Assembly (NCBI GenBank): GCA_951406725.2
Contig: OX597821.1
Span: 95,232,001 to 95,296,000 of the forward strand
Reading direction: 5' to 3'
Length of the DNA: 64,000 nt
Origin: Octopus vulgaris
Lineage: Eukaryota
Shown: piece by piece, positions 12,607 to 25,322 of the stretch
Layout: the number at the start of each line of letters is the position of its first letter
Position numbering within the stretch: the first letter of the stretch is position 1
Notes under the pieces: model-generated
Database searches by the model: none
What the model was told of the DNA's origin: nothing
Seen by the model: the letters and a program-made list of their open reading frames with translations, nothing else
Translations under genes and position numbers: made by a program

Positions 12607-13309
12607 CTGATGGAAGAGGACAGAATGAACACAATAAATCATGATCACAATAACTATCATAACCACCCTCATCATCATCAATAACTACCATCAAATTTAC
12701 CAATTCCTTACTCAGATCATTACCACCATCCTGATGGAATCTGAATGATTGTCTGAAAATACAAGGCATGCTCTACAAGCCTGTCTGATCATTCTATTCG
12801 CAGAGACATGAAACTAATAGTAGTGCAAATTCAAATCATCATCATCAATTAACGTCTGTTTTACATACTGGCATGGGTTGGACAGTTTGACCACAGCTGG
12901 TAAGGCCAGGGGCTGCAAGAGGCTCCATTATCTGTTCTGACACGGTTTCTACATCTGGATACCCTTTCTAATGCCAACCACTCCACAGAATGTACTGAAT
13001 GTTTTTTTTTTTTTTTATGTGGTACTAGCATGGGTGCATGTGTATGTTAAATGAGAAAAGTCTGATTTGACATGGTTTCTATGGCTGGATGCCCTTCCTA
13101 ACGCCAGCCACTTTACAGAGTGTGTCGGGTGCTTTTACGTTGCACCACACAAGCATTTTTACATAGCACCACATGGTACTTTTACAAGGCGCCACATGGA
13201 CACTTCTATGTGACACCACAAAGGCACTATAACATGGCACTGCACAAGCACTTTAATGCGGCACCACGAGTGCTTTTCATCACCAGAGGGACCACTCTTA
13301 ACACTTCTG

Positions 13310-13680
13310 CTACAGAGTATAGGTCTTCTTGAGTACAGCAAGGTGCCAGGCATCTTGCTCCCTTGTCATCTCGCCTGAAAGGTCCAGCATACTGAGGCTG
13401 TTCTTCAGTACTTTATCCCATGTCTTCCTGGGTCTCCAACTTCCACCTGTTCCATCTACTTTGAGAGACTGGCACTTCCTTATGGAGATGTCAGCATCCA
13501 TCCACATCACATGACCAGACAAGCGCAGTCTTCTATCTTGCACTTGGCAACTAATTCCTCTTATGCCTAACCTCTCTCTCAAAACAGTAGCACTCTGTTG
13601 AACATGTATGCTTCCATTACACATCCAGTGGAGTATACCAGCCTCATTCTTTTCTAACCTTGCATTCAGAGCCAACATCT
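13310..13680 (-). mobile_element. RTE LINE fragment (similar pieces at 21400-21610, 36940-37060 and 45480-45630)
   Basis: RRLRLSGHVMWMD..SWRPRKTWDKVLK, homologous to 7866-8135. Confidence 0.7.
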
Positions 13681-15996
13681 CATTATTGTTATTATTATCA
13701 TTAAGGTGGGCAGGCTGGCAAAATTGTTAACACACCAAACAAAATCCTAAGTGGTGGTTCATCCATCTTTATGCTCTGAGTTCAAATTCTGCCAAAGTCA
13801 ATTTTGCTTTTCATCTTTCCAGGGTTGATGAAATAAGCACTGGTTTAGTATTGGGGTCACTGTAACCGATTTACCTGTCCCATGAACTTGCTGGCCTTGT
13901 GCCAAAATTTGAAAATATCATCATCATTATTAAGGCAGAGAACTGGCAGAATCATTATATCATTAGCATGCTGGACAAAATTCTTGGCAGCATTTCATCC
14001 ATCTGTACATTCTGAGTTCACATTCCACCAAGGTTGACTTTGCTTTTCATCCTTTCAGGTTCAATAAAATAAATACCAGTTACATACTAGGGTCAATATA
14101 ATCGACTAGCCCTCACCCCAAAATTTCTGGCCCTGTGCCTTTAGTAGAAAGGATTATTATTATCTATTTCTTTACTACCCACAAGGAGCTAAACACAGAG
14201 AGGACAAACGGATTAAGTCGATTACATCAACCCCAGTGCATAACTGGTACTTAATTTATCGACCCCGAAAGGATGAAAGGCAAAGTCGACCTCGGCGGAA
14301 TTTGAACTCAGAACGTACCGGCAGACGAACAACGGCTACGCATTTTGCCCGGTGTGCTAACGTTTTTGCCAGCTTGCCGCTAATTATTATCATCATTACT
14401 AAGGTGGTGAGCTGGTAGGATCATTAGCATACTGGGAGAAATGCGTAACAGTGTTTCATCTGTCTTAACATTCTGAGTTCAAACTCTGCTGAGGTCAACT
14501 TTGCCTTTCATCGTCGATGTAATAAGTGCCGGTTACATACTAGGGGTCAAGTTAATCAGCTATCCCCTCCCCCAAATTTCAAGCCTTGTGCCTATAGTAG
14601 AAAGGAATACTATTATTATTAAGGTGGTGAGCTGGCAGAATCGCTAGCATCCCTGAAAGGATGATAGGCAAAGTCGATCTCGGCAGAATTAGAACTCAGA
14701 ATGGAATGACAGACAAAATACCGTTAAACATTTCATCCAGTGTGCTAACGTTTCTGCGAGCTCACCACCATAACAATTATAAAATAATAATAATTTTTTT
14801 TTTCTACTCTAGGCACAAGGCCCAAAATTTTGTGAGGGGAGGGCAGTCGATTAGAATGACCCCAATATGCAACTGGTGCTTAATTTAAAAACCCTAAATG
14901 GTTGAAAAGCAAAGGCGACCTCAGCGGAATTTGAACTCAGAACATAAAGACAGACGAAATACTACTAAGCATTTCGCCCAGAGTGCTAACATTACTGCCA
15001 GCTCCCTGCCTATAAAATAATAATAATAATAATATTTTGAGTTCAAATGCTACAACCTGGCCTTTCATCTTTTTTAAGGGTCAATAAAATATGTTTCTTT
15101 ATTACCCACAAGGGGCTAAACACAGAGGGGACAAACAAGGAAAGACAAACAGATTAAGTCGATTATATCGACCCCCAGTACAAAACTGGTACTTAATTTA
15201 TCGACCCCGAAAGGATGAAAGGCAAAGTCGATTTGAAAGCGTGATTTGAACTCAGAACGTAACGGCAGACGAAATACCGCTAAGCATTTCGCCCGGCCTG
15301 CTAACGTTTCTGCCAGCTTGCCGCCTTGGGGGGTCAATAAAGGGTCAATAAAATAAAGGACCAGTCAAGTACTGACGTTGATACAATCAACTCTCCCCTT
15401 CACATCAAAATTGCTGGCTTCATACTGAAATTCGAAACCATTAGTAGCAACAGTTTAGTAGTAGTTGTAGTAATAGAGATAGTACTGGTGGAAGGAGGAG
15501 GAGGATTTATCAACATTATTATTGTTACCTCTGAATATACACTCTCTTTGTTATGCTGTAAGCCACCACTATGGAGAAAGCACAGTGGGATGTGGGGGGG
15601 GTCAATAGCGATTGACAGCACACACAGCTCTGATGATGGTAGAATAGGTGGCAGTAAGGGGTGGGGGGGAAATAGTAAAAGGAAATCAATTAAACTTCAA
15701 TCTTGTATCATTTTTCCTCGACTCAGGAAATCTCCACAATATTTAACTCAACAGACACGGCATACAAATATCCCCCACCCACCCACTTCATTTTCTCTCA
15801 CTAGGTACTAAACAACCCCCCACCCTCCAACCACCACCACTAACACAACCACCAAAAAAAAGGGGGAGGGGGGAATCACTATTCCAACCATAACACAACA
15901 GTTTGGCAAACTCGTGTTCCATTCTGTTCCAGCCTGCTCTGATGTCAATGTAACCATGGCTACACACCCTCCTCACACTCACACAACTACACACAC

Positions 15997-16064
<68 letters not shown>

Positions 16065-16074
16065 AAATAAATAA

Positions 16075-16129
<55 letters not shown>

Positions 16130-18449
16130 TACAGAAATAAAGTGAACAGGTGATGTCACATCACATGAATCAAGTCCTACCTGCAACCATAAAACACCAG
16201 TCTCTTCAATGATGAAAATCAATTCATTCATAACACTGTGTCTCTAACAATCAATACATGAGAGTCATCAGCTTCTATATACACTTAATCAATTAATCAA
16301 TAGAGTGACAGGTAACATCAATTTGTGATGAAGATTATCTGATATATCAGCTATATATATATGTGTGTGTATGTACATATGTGTATACAGGTGAGTGGAC
16401 AAATTAAAGCAAAAGGCACTCAACACATTTAGGAGTTACATATATTATTTAAAGCAGTGTTGCTATATGAAGCCTATGAAACCTGAAGTTGCACCTGGCC
16501 AAATCAAACTGTTTTAAATAATAATGATGATATATATAAATACACAGGTGAGCACATAAATGCAAAATGGAAAAGATATGCTACTGTATCTGTTTTTGCA
16601 GGGTCTTTATGGCCGTATGCCCTTCCTAAAACCAACCACTCTGCAGAATGGAGTCAATGCTTTTTACATGGCACCAGCACATGTGAGGTTAGTTTGGGCA
16701 GGATTTTTGCAGCTGGATGATCTTCCAAATGACAACCACTTAACAGTGTGAACTGGATGCTTTTTACGTGGCACCAGCACTGCCAGGGTCACTAAGTAAC
16801 TCGCAAGACAAGGAATTATGAGAGGGGCAGGTGTATCATCATCATCATCATCATTGTTTAACGTCCGTTTTCCATGCTAGCATGGGTTGGACGGTTCGAC
16901 TGGGGTCTGAGAAGCCAGGAGGCTGTGCCAGTCCCCAGTCTGATTTGGATGCCCTTCCTAATGCCAACCACTCCGTGAGTGTCGTGGGTGCTTTTTACGT
17001 ACCACCGGCATAGGGGCCAGAGGAGGCTGGCAAACGGCCACAATCAGTCGGTGCTTACACCAGTCAGGCGGCGCTGGCATCAGCTACGTTCGGAAGGTGT
17101 TTTTATGTGCCACCAGCACGGATATCTTAACTACAATTTCCATTTGATTTTTATTTTGATGTTGACGTACTTGATTCAATAGGTCTCCTCAAGAACAGCG
17201 GGTCACTCTACGATCCAAGGTTATCACAGCAGGCCGTCCTGCAAACCATGAACTCACCTAGTTTGCCTTCCAACTACATGGTTCTGGATTTAGGTTTTTA
17301 TCCAGTCTGCTGGCTAAGTGTGACATCTATGACCTTTTAATCTCTATTAAACTATATCAGCTAGCAGCCAATTTATGTTTGGCAAGCAGCGACAGTGGAT
17401 ACTTGCTACTGATGAAACCTCAAAAAAGCAGAAATTTGGATTTAGTAATGACATCACTGCTGGTTGATGGATTTTGCCTGTTGTTGATATATTTGTGTTT
17501 TTAACACTATACATCTATAAGGGATGCTTTTTAAAGACAAACACTGCAATTTAGAAGGCTTTCATCAGCACATATGCTTTAAGTATGATACACATATTGC
17601 TAATATGTGTGTGTGAGAGTGAGAAAGAGTTTGTGTTGCCTTGACTTGACATCATATGTTAGTTGTGAATGAATGCCACTGTCATGCAAGTGGTGCCCTT
17701 CATTTCCGATCTTCCATGAAAACATGTCTCCTCATGGGGAAATATTACCTTGCTCAGAAACAAGTGAGTGTTGGCATCAGGAAGGCCATCCAGCCATAGA
17801 AAATCTGCAGCAACATGCACCATCCAACCCATGCTAGCATGGAAAAATGAACATTAAAACAATGACAATGATGGTGATATATGATAATGATATACAGGTG
17901 TGTGTATATGCGTATATATGTACATAAGTATGTAGTTAAGATGTCTGCTTCACAAATACACATTTCTGAGTTCAATTCTAAGCATGGCACCACAGGCAAT
18001 GGTCTTGTGCCATACTTCCAGGTTGATCAATACCGTTTAAGTGGAATTTGTTAGACTGAAACTGAGTGGATGCCTGAAATAAATACATACATGGTTCTGT
18101 GTTTATGTTGTGTCACTGTCTTGTCACTTAGCCAATCGAAAAACAGAAATCAATAAAATAAGTAGCAAATTGAAATAAATACTAGAATCAATATGATTGA
18201 CCGAAGACTTCAAGATGGTGTTCTAACATGGCCACAAACCAGTGTTTTTTTTGGTTTGTTTTTTTTTACTTGTTTCAGTCATTTCACTGCAGCCATGCTG
18301 GAGCACCACCTTTAATCGAGCAAATCGACCCCGGGACTTATTCTTTGTAAGCCTAGAACTTATTCTATCGGTCTCTTTTGCCGAACTGCTAAGTGACGGG
18401 GACATAAATACACCAGCATCGGTTGTCAAGTGACAGTGGGAGGGGACAA

Positions 18450-18484
<35 letters not shown>

Positions 18485-19379
18485 CAACGGGCTTCTTTCA
18501 GTTTCCGTCTACCAAATCTACTCACAAGGCTTTGGTTGGCCCAAGGCTATAGTAGAAGACACTTGCCCAAGGTGCCACACAGTGGGACTGAACCCGGAAC
18601 CATGTGGTTGGTAAGCAACCTACTTACCACACAGCCACTCCTTTGTCGTTTACTTGTCTTAGTCATTAGACTGCAACCATGCTGAGGCACTTGCCTTGAG
18701 GAATGTTTTGCCCAATGAATCAGCCCCAGTTCTTTTTTTAAACCTGGTATTTATTTTATTGGTCTCTTTTGCCAAAACAACTGAATTATAGGGACATAAA
18801 TACACCAATATCCATTGTCAAGCGATGGTGGTGTACAAACACAGACACACACACAAATGCTCTCATGTGGCTAAGAGATGTTTTGACATGTTTACAAAGT
18901 CAGAAAACAACACAGCTCCCGTGACTTTTGGAAACATTTTTTTCACGCTAAGAGTTGCTGACGTATGAAACAAACTGCCGGCATCAGTTGTTAGTTGCCG
19001 GAGCACTGCATCCTTCAAAACTTCCATGCTTCCTGAGATTCGCCAACACTACACCTGATTTTCTCCCCTCCATACACACACAAGCATGTATCTGACTCAT
19101 ACACTGTTCAGTTCCCAGACATTTGTACATTACTGCATATGCTTTATACGCACTTTCTGACAAGTAGTGGTGCACCTGAGCACTGTACACAATAATTTCA
19201 TTCTTATTTTTTATTTATTTCAAGCACCCTCCACCACTTTGTTGCCTTTCGGTTGTAAATTGTGAATAGCCACCTTAATAATTAATAATTCTCACTTTAC
19301 TATTTTCAGAATCAGTCAATGTTTCCTATGGTGTTCTGTATAAGACTGACAGGGTGAGTTTGGTTCTTTAACCCTTGGC

Positions 19380-19444
19380 GACGGAGTATTGGATCGCTGA
19401 TGAAGATTAATTAAATCTGAAATCAGCACTAATATGACTCCATC
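19380..19444 (+). ncRNA. Type I hammerhead ribozyme (copy in the preceding repeat unit; one stem III mismatch)
   Basis: GGAG..TCG-CTGATGA-AGATT(AATTA)AATCT-GAAA-TCAGCACTAA-TA|TGACTCC. Predicted cleavage after 19434. Confidence 0.75.
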
Positions 19445-19731
19445 TCGTTTGTCATTGGGAGGGAGCACGTTTCCCTTCTCAGCCGTTAGAAAAATGCTTT
19501 CACATGGCTAAGAGTTGTTTTGTCTCTCATTTCTAGCAATGCTGGTACTTACTAGCATCATCCGCCACTTTAGTGACAACTAAATTTGTTGCCATGGCTG
19601 TAAATTATGAATACCCACCTTAATAATTTATAATTCTCACTTCACCATTTTTGGAATCAGTCAACGTTTCCTATGGTGTTCTCTATAAGACTAACAAGGT
19701 ATGTCAGGTTCTTTAACCCTCAGCGACAGAG

Positions 19732-19786
19732 TATAAGGTCACTGATGAAGATTAATCAAATCTGAAATCAGCACTGATATGACTCC
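19732..19786 (+). ncRNA. Type I hammerhead ribozyme (intact core)
   Basis: GGTCA-CTGATGA-AGATT(AATCA)AATCT-GAAA-TCA(GCAC)TGA-TA|TGACT. Canonical CUGAUGA/GAAA/UH core with stems I, II and III. Predicted cleavage after 19779. Confidence 0.85.
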
Positions 19787-21817
19787 ATTTCGCTTGCCAT
19801 ACAGAACTTATCTGGACCTTGTCAGTTGTTAGAAAAGTGTTCTCACATGGCTAAGAGTTATTTTGACTCTTATTTCTAGCAAAGCTGGTGCTGACTAGTC
19901 ATGCTGGTGCTCACTTTAGTCAAGACTATATTTGTTGCTTTTCAGTTGTAAACTGCAAATAGCCATTTTAATAAATTTATATATATATACCTGGTGCAGC
20001 CTTCGGGCTTCCCAGACCCCAGTGGAACCGTCCAACCCATGCTAACATGGAAAGTGGACGTTAAACGATGATGATGATGATATATATCAAGATTAATCAG
20101 CCAAAATTGCGAGGATGATCCGGTTCTTGACTGAAGATTGAAGGCTTCGAATGTCCCGTCCGTGTTTTTTGTATCGTCTTCTAAATGTTTTGCGTTCTTG
20201 TCCCAGTTTGTATTTTTTTACATATACATATATATATATATATATAAATGATGGGCTTCTTTTGGTTTCGATCTGCTAAATCCACTCACAAGGCTTTGGG
20301 TGGCCTGAGGCTATAGGAGAAGACACTTGCTCGAGGTGCCATGCACTGGGACTGAACATAGACCATGTGGTTGGGAAGCAAGTGTCTTACCACACTGTGT
20401 AGACTGGCTGGATCAATGGATAGCGGGAGAGAAGGGTGGGTGGATGTATGGATGGACAAGTTGGGTAAATCGAAACACAGGTAGATATGTAGATAGATGT
20501 AGATATTGTTTGTTTAAATTTAATTTACAACAAGCCAACAAGTGAACCTCAATGTAGTTACTAGATCTGCTTGAAATATCAGCTAATTCTCACTCAGGCT
20601 ATATTGGAGACTAACTTGTATCTGAATAAAATATGTGATGGTCATGGATGGAATACATTTAATCATAGGCCTGTTGATCACAGCTGAGCTAAGGATACAT
20701 AACAGCAGTTAAATTTCCTTCAGAGCACACACTATAGACTTAAAAAAAGGATAATGCATATACTAGATATACTATGCTTACTACTATTTTAGAAGGTATT
20801 TATGAAAGTACTGGCATTTGATAACAACCTCTGATTGTGAGAGCTTTTCAATATGTGGCTCTTCTATGCATAACCTGCATCATTTTCTTTCATTTATACA
20901 TGTGTGTGTGTGTGTGTGTGTTTAGGTATAACAAGTACATTACAGAGTGATTGCATTAGCCATTTAATATCACAAAAACTATTACATTTTTTATATTAAA
21001 AAGTGATGAATTTTCTACATCCAGCTGCACAAATATTGGAAATGAATGACGTTGATTTACAACAATCACGCAATATAAACAAGACAAGGAAACAGTCATA
21101 TACTCACATAGACACATCATCATCATCTGTTGTCCATGCTGGCATGGGTTGGACAATTTGACCAGAGCTGACCAACTGGGGAACTGTACCAGACTCCAGT
21201 CTGATTTGGCATCGTTTCTACAGCTGGATGGCCTTCCTAATACTTACCACACAGCCCCTCCTGCACCTATTTATTTTTATTCCTGCTGGATGCTTTTGTG
21301 TGGCACTGCATGGTGTTTTTATGTGGAACTCCATGGAGCTTCTACATGTCACCATAACGAGTGCTTTACACCACTAGAACGATCAGTCTTAACAATTCTG
21401 CTGTAGAGTACGGATTTTCTTGAGTACAGCAAGGCACCAGGCATCTTGGTTCTTCATTATCTCACCTGAAAGATTCAGTGTCCCGAGATTGTTCTTCAGT
21501 ACTTCATCCCATGTCTTCCTGGGTCTCTCACTTCCACGTGTTCCATCCACTTTGAGAGAATGGCACTTCTTTATGGAGCTGTTGGCATCCATCTGCATCA
21601 CATGACCTATCATCATTACCACTAAATCCATTCAGAGGGCCATAGCAGAAGACACTAATTTGCCAAGCAATGGGACTGAACCCAAAACCATATGGTTGGG
21701 AAGCAAACCTCTCAACCACAGAGCCACACCTGTACCTATGTGGAGATAAACACATATCTTACATGCACACACACACATACACACACACACTAAAAACATA
21801 GAACTTGTTTTACTTAC

Positions 21818-21919
21818 TTCAACTTCAGTTGGTAGCTTAGCTTCACTCAAAGATAGCAGCATCTCTGTAAAATTACACAGGTAAGATGTAAATACAGACA
21901 GAGCTTCATTTCTAGAATC
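21818..21919 (-). CDS. C9orf72: C9orf72 coding exon 2 (DSRNEALSVFTSYLCNFTEMLLSLSEAKLPTEVE)
   Basis: TTACAG| acceptor, |GTAAGT donor, 102 nt, phase 0-0. Resembles human VMELLSSMKSHSVPEEID. Confidence 0.88.
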
Positions 21920-22882
21920 CTGTAACAGACAGAAGAATGTAGAAAAAAAATTGCAGTCAGAAAGCTTCCACATGGTCAATGAACCTGCTCAAAGTAGCAG
22001 CTAAAATCCTCAAATGTCTATAGCAGGGAGGGGGCACACAAACCACCAAAACATCTTACTCTTTACTCTTCTTCTTTTACTTGTTTCAGTCATTTGACTG
22101 CGGCCATGCTGGAGCACCGCCTTTAATCGAGCAACTCGACCCCAAGACTTATTCTTTTTTTGTAAGCCCAGTACTTATTCTATTGGTCTCTTTTGCCGAA
22201 CCGCTAAGTAACGGGGACATAAACACACCAGCATCGGTTGTCAAGCAATGCTAGGGGGACAAACACAGACACATAAACACACACATGCATATATATATAC
22301 ATATATACGACGGGCTTCTTTCAGTTTTCGTCTACCAAATCCACTCACAAGGCTTTGGTCGGCCCGAGGCTATAGTAGAAGACACTTGCCCAAGGTGCCA
22401 CGCAGTGGGACTGAACCCGGAACCATGTGGTTGGTAAACAAGCTACTTACCACACAGCCACTGTTCCTTAACCTATCCCACATAATAGCTAAATTTTTTC
22501 ACAAGATCCACATTATCTTCATAATACGGACACTATGAACCATCAACAGAGCATCAATGTAGTTCCTTAATCCTTTAGCATTTAAACTGGCTGTATCCAA
22601 CCCTAATATTCTACTTGGTTTATGCACAAATCTGCTAGATCTGGCCTCACACACCTACCCTATATCATTCTCAAAATAAACAATCATATCAGCAAAATGT
22701 CGAAGGAGTGGCTGTGTGGTAAGTAGCTTGTTTACCAACCACATGGTTCCGGGTTCAGTCCCACTGCATGGCACCTAGGGCAAGTGTCTTCAACTATAGC
22801 CTCGGGCCGACCAAAGCCTTGTGAGTGGATTTGGTAGACGGAAACTGAAAAGAAGCCCGTCGTATATATATGTATATGTATA

Positions 22883-22924
<42 letters not shown>

Positions 22925-23459
22925 AGATAAGAAAATGGAGAAATACATCTAAATCAAATATCAATTACCAGATAATACTCAATCACATACTTTATTAAAC
23001 CACCACATAAGAGACTGTAGGGTTAAATATAAAAAGCAGAACAAATCAGTGTACATAAAGGAATGTACATAAAAAAGTGTACATAAAAGAGTAATGTTGT
23101 ATAATAAGTAGAATATATATAAAAGAGAATATAAATATAAGTAAATATAAAAATAAGTATAGATTACGTTCAGCTTTTTATATTTAACCCTACAGTCTCT
23201 TATGTGGCAGTTTAAAAAAGTATGTGATTGAATATTATCTGGTAATTGATATTTGATTTAGATGTATTTCTCCATTTTCTTATCTTGTATTAGTAATTTG
23301 TGGTAAATCATTTTACCTTTGCCCATATAATACAGTAAATGAATTGATTGCATCGCAATCATTAACATTTATGTATTAACTTTGTTGGGTACTTCACTAG
23401 CAGTATACTGGATATATGTTATCCCATAGAAGGTTGCATTTACAACCCCTATCTCAATT

Positions 23460-23500
<41 letters not shown>

Positions 23501-25287
23501 CTGTGTTTGTCGCCCTAGCATTGTTTGACAACCGATGCTGGTGTGTTTACGTCCCCGTTACTTAGCGGTTCGACAAAAGAGACTGATAGAATAAGTACTG
23601 GGCTTACAAAAGAATAAGTCCCGGTGTCGAGTTGCTCGATTAAAAGCGGTGCTCCAGCATGGCCGCAGTCAAAATGACTGAAACAAGTAAAAGAGTAAAG
23701 AGAGGGTCCAAGTCTGTATAGTCTTAACACTTACAACAGTATGTCTGTCAATGTTAATCATACACTGAAATTTAATTCAAATTACATGTACAAGATTTGT
23801 GGGTCACTCCCAAACAGCAGATGGGTGTGTTTATTGACAAGATATTGGATATAAATCAGCTTGAGAAATTACATGTAGCGTCTACACCTAATCAATATAG
23901 ATGTAAGATCTCCCTTTACAAGCTGAGGTGGAGGAATCACAAACAGGTCTTAAGTGTTACATCTAAGGTCAACATGCTCCACATTGGAGATGCGACGGTA
24001 GATGGAGATGGGTAGAAATGATCGAATACTCTTCAACCAGACACTCTTGTGCCATTATGCACTATCGAGTATGTCCAATCACTTACTGAGGTTAATCAAT
24101 AATATCAATAAGTTATTGCTGTTATTGATTAACTTCTGCTAAATTTCTCTCGACTTTCTTTTGTTTGTTCACTCACAATATCACTGGTGAAGACACTAGA
24201 CACTTGCCCAGAGTACCATGCAGTGGAACTGAACCTGAAACCACATGATTGAGAAGAAAACTTATTAACAACACTACCTACACACACATACACATAGATG
24301 TGTACATGTATGTGTGTTTGTGTGTGTGTATGTGTTTAGTGCTTTTTGTGTGGCAGATTTTTTTTATGGCTGGATGTTTTGGACAACCTGAGGTTGCAGC
24401 AAAAGACACTTGCCTTAACCATATACAGATATATATATATATCATCATCATTGTTTAACGTCCATTTTCCGCGCTAGCACGGGTTGGACGGTTCAACCAG
24501 GGTCTGGAAAGCCAGGAGGCTGCACCAGGCTCTAGTCTGATTTGGCAGTGTTTCTACAGCTGGATGCCCTTCCTAACGCCAACCACTCCGCGAGTGTAGT
24601 GGGTGCTTATATATATATATATATATACATACATACACTGGAGCACTAAGAGTACCATACGAGTGAGATCGTTGCCAGAGCAACAAGCTGGCCTTCGTGC
24701 CGATGGCACGTTAAGCACACCATTCGAGCATGATCGTTACTGCGTCGCCTTACCAGCACTTCTGCTGGTGGCATGTGAAATATTCGAGCGAGGTCGTCGC
24801 CAGTGCCACTGGACTGGCTCCTGTGCAGGTGGCACGTAAAAAGCACCATTTGGACGTGGCCATTGCCAGTACCAGCAAACTGGCCCTCATGCCGGTGGCA
24901 CGTAAAAGCACCCACTACACTCTCAGAGTCGTTGGCGTTAGGAAGAGCATCCAGCTATAGAAACTCTGCCAGATCAGATTGGAGTCTGGTTCGCCAGACC
25001 TCAGTCAAATTATCCAACCCATGCTAGCATGGAAAGCGGACATTAGATGATGATGATGATGAGAACAAATAGTGAAGAATTATCAATCCAAGCAAAATAC
25101 TTCATGAGCTCTCTGTAGGCACACCAGGATAACAAAAAAAACTCCAAGTAATCTTTTGGTAGGGTCCCAAATTATGGTTCATCACAATTCTATATTGTAA
25201 ATCCGTGGATGGGCCTCAGATAAACTGGGTTTTACAAAGTGATATATAAGAGACAAGATAAAAATAATCGTCATTACATATAAATTC

Positions 25288-25319
<32 letters not shown>

Positions 25320-25322
<3 letters not shown>

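Larger units (their letters stand above)
18858..19979 (+). repeat. About 345-bp tandem repeat carrying hammerheads (retrozyme-like), about 3 diverged or partial units; first unit interrupted by a CR1-like 3' fragment
   Basis: TGGCTAAGAG recurs at about 18869, 19505 and 19848. GAATCAGTCAAYGTTTCCTATGGTGTTCT recurs at about 19309 and 19654. CTGATGA lies at 19397 and 19742. Confidence 0.8.

Noticed and set aside
15585-15875. G-rich and C-rich runs as a G-quadruplex or regulatory element
   Set aside because: The tracts are irregular and low-complexity, with no independent support.
20135-20170. CTGAAGA..GAAG/CTTC..GAAT hammerhead-like motif; also CTGATGA at about 15630, 38430, 44690 and 55376
   Set aside because: No GAAA/UH geometry and no supporting stems.
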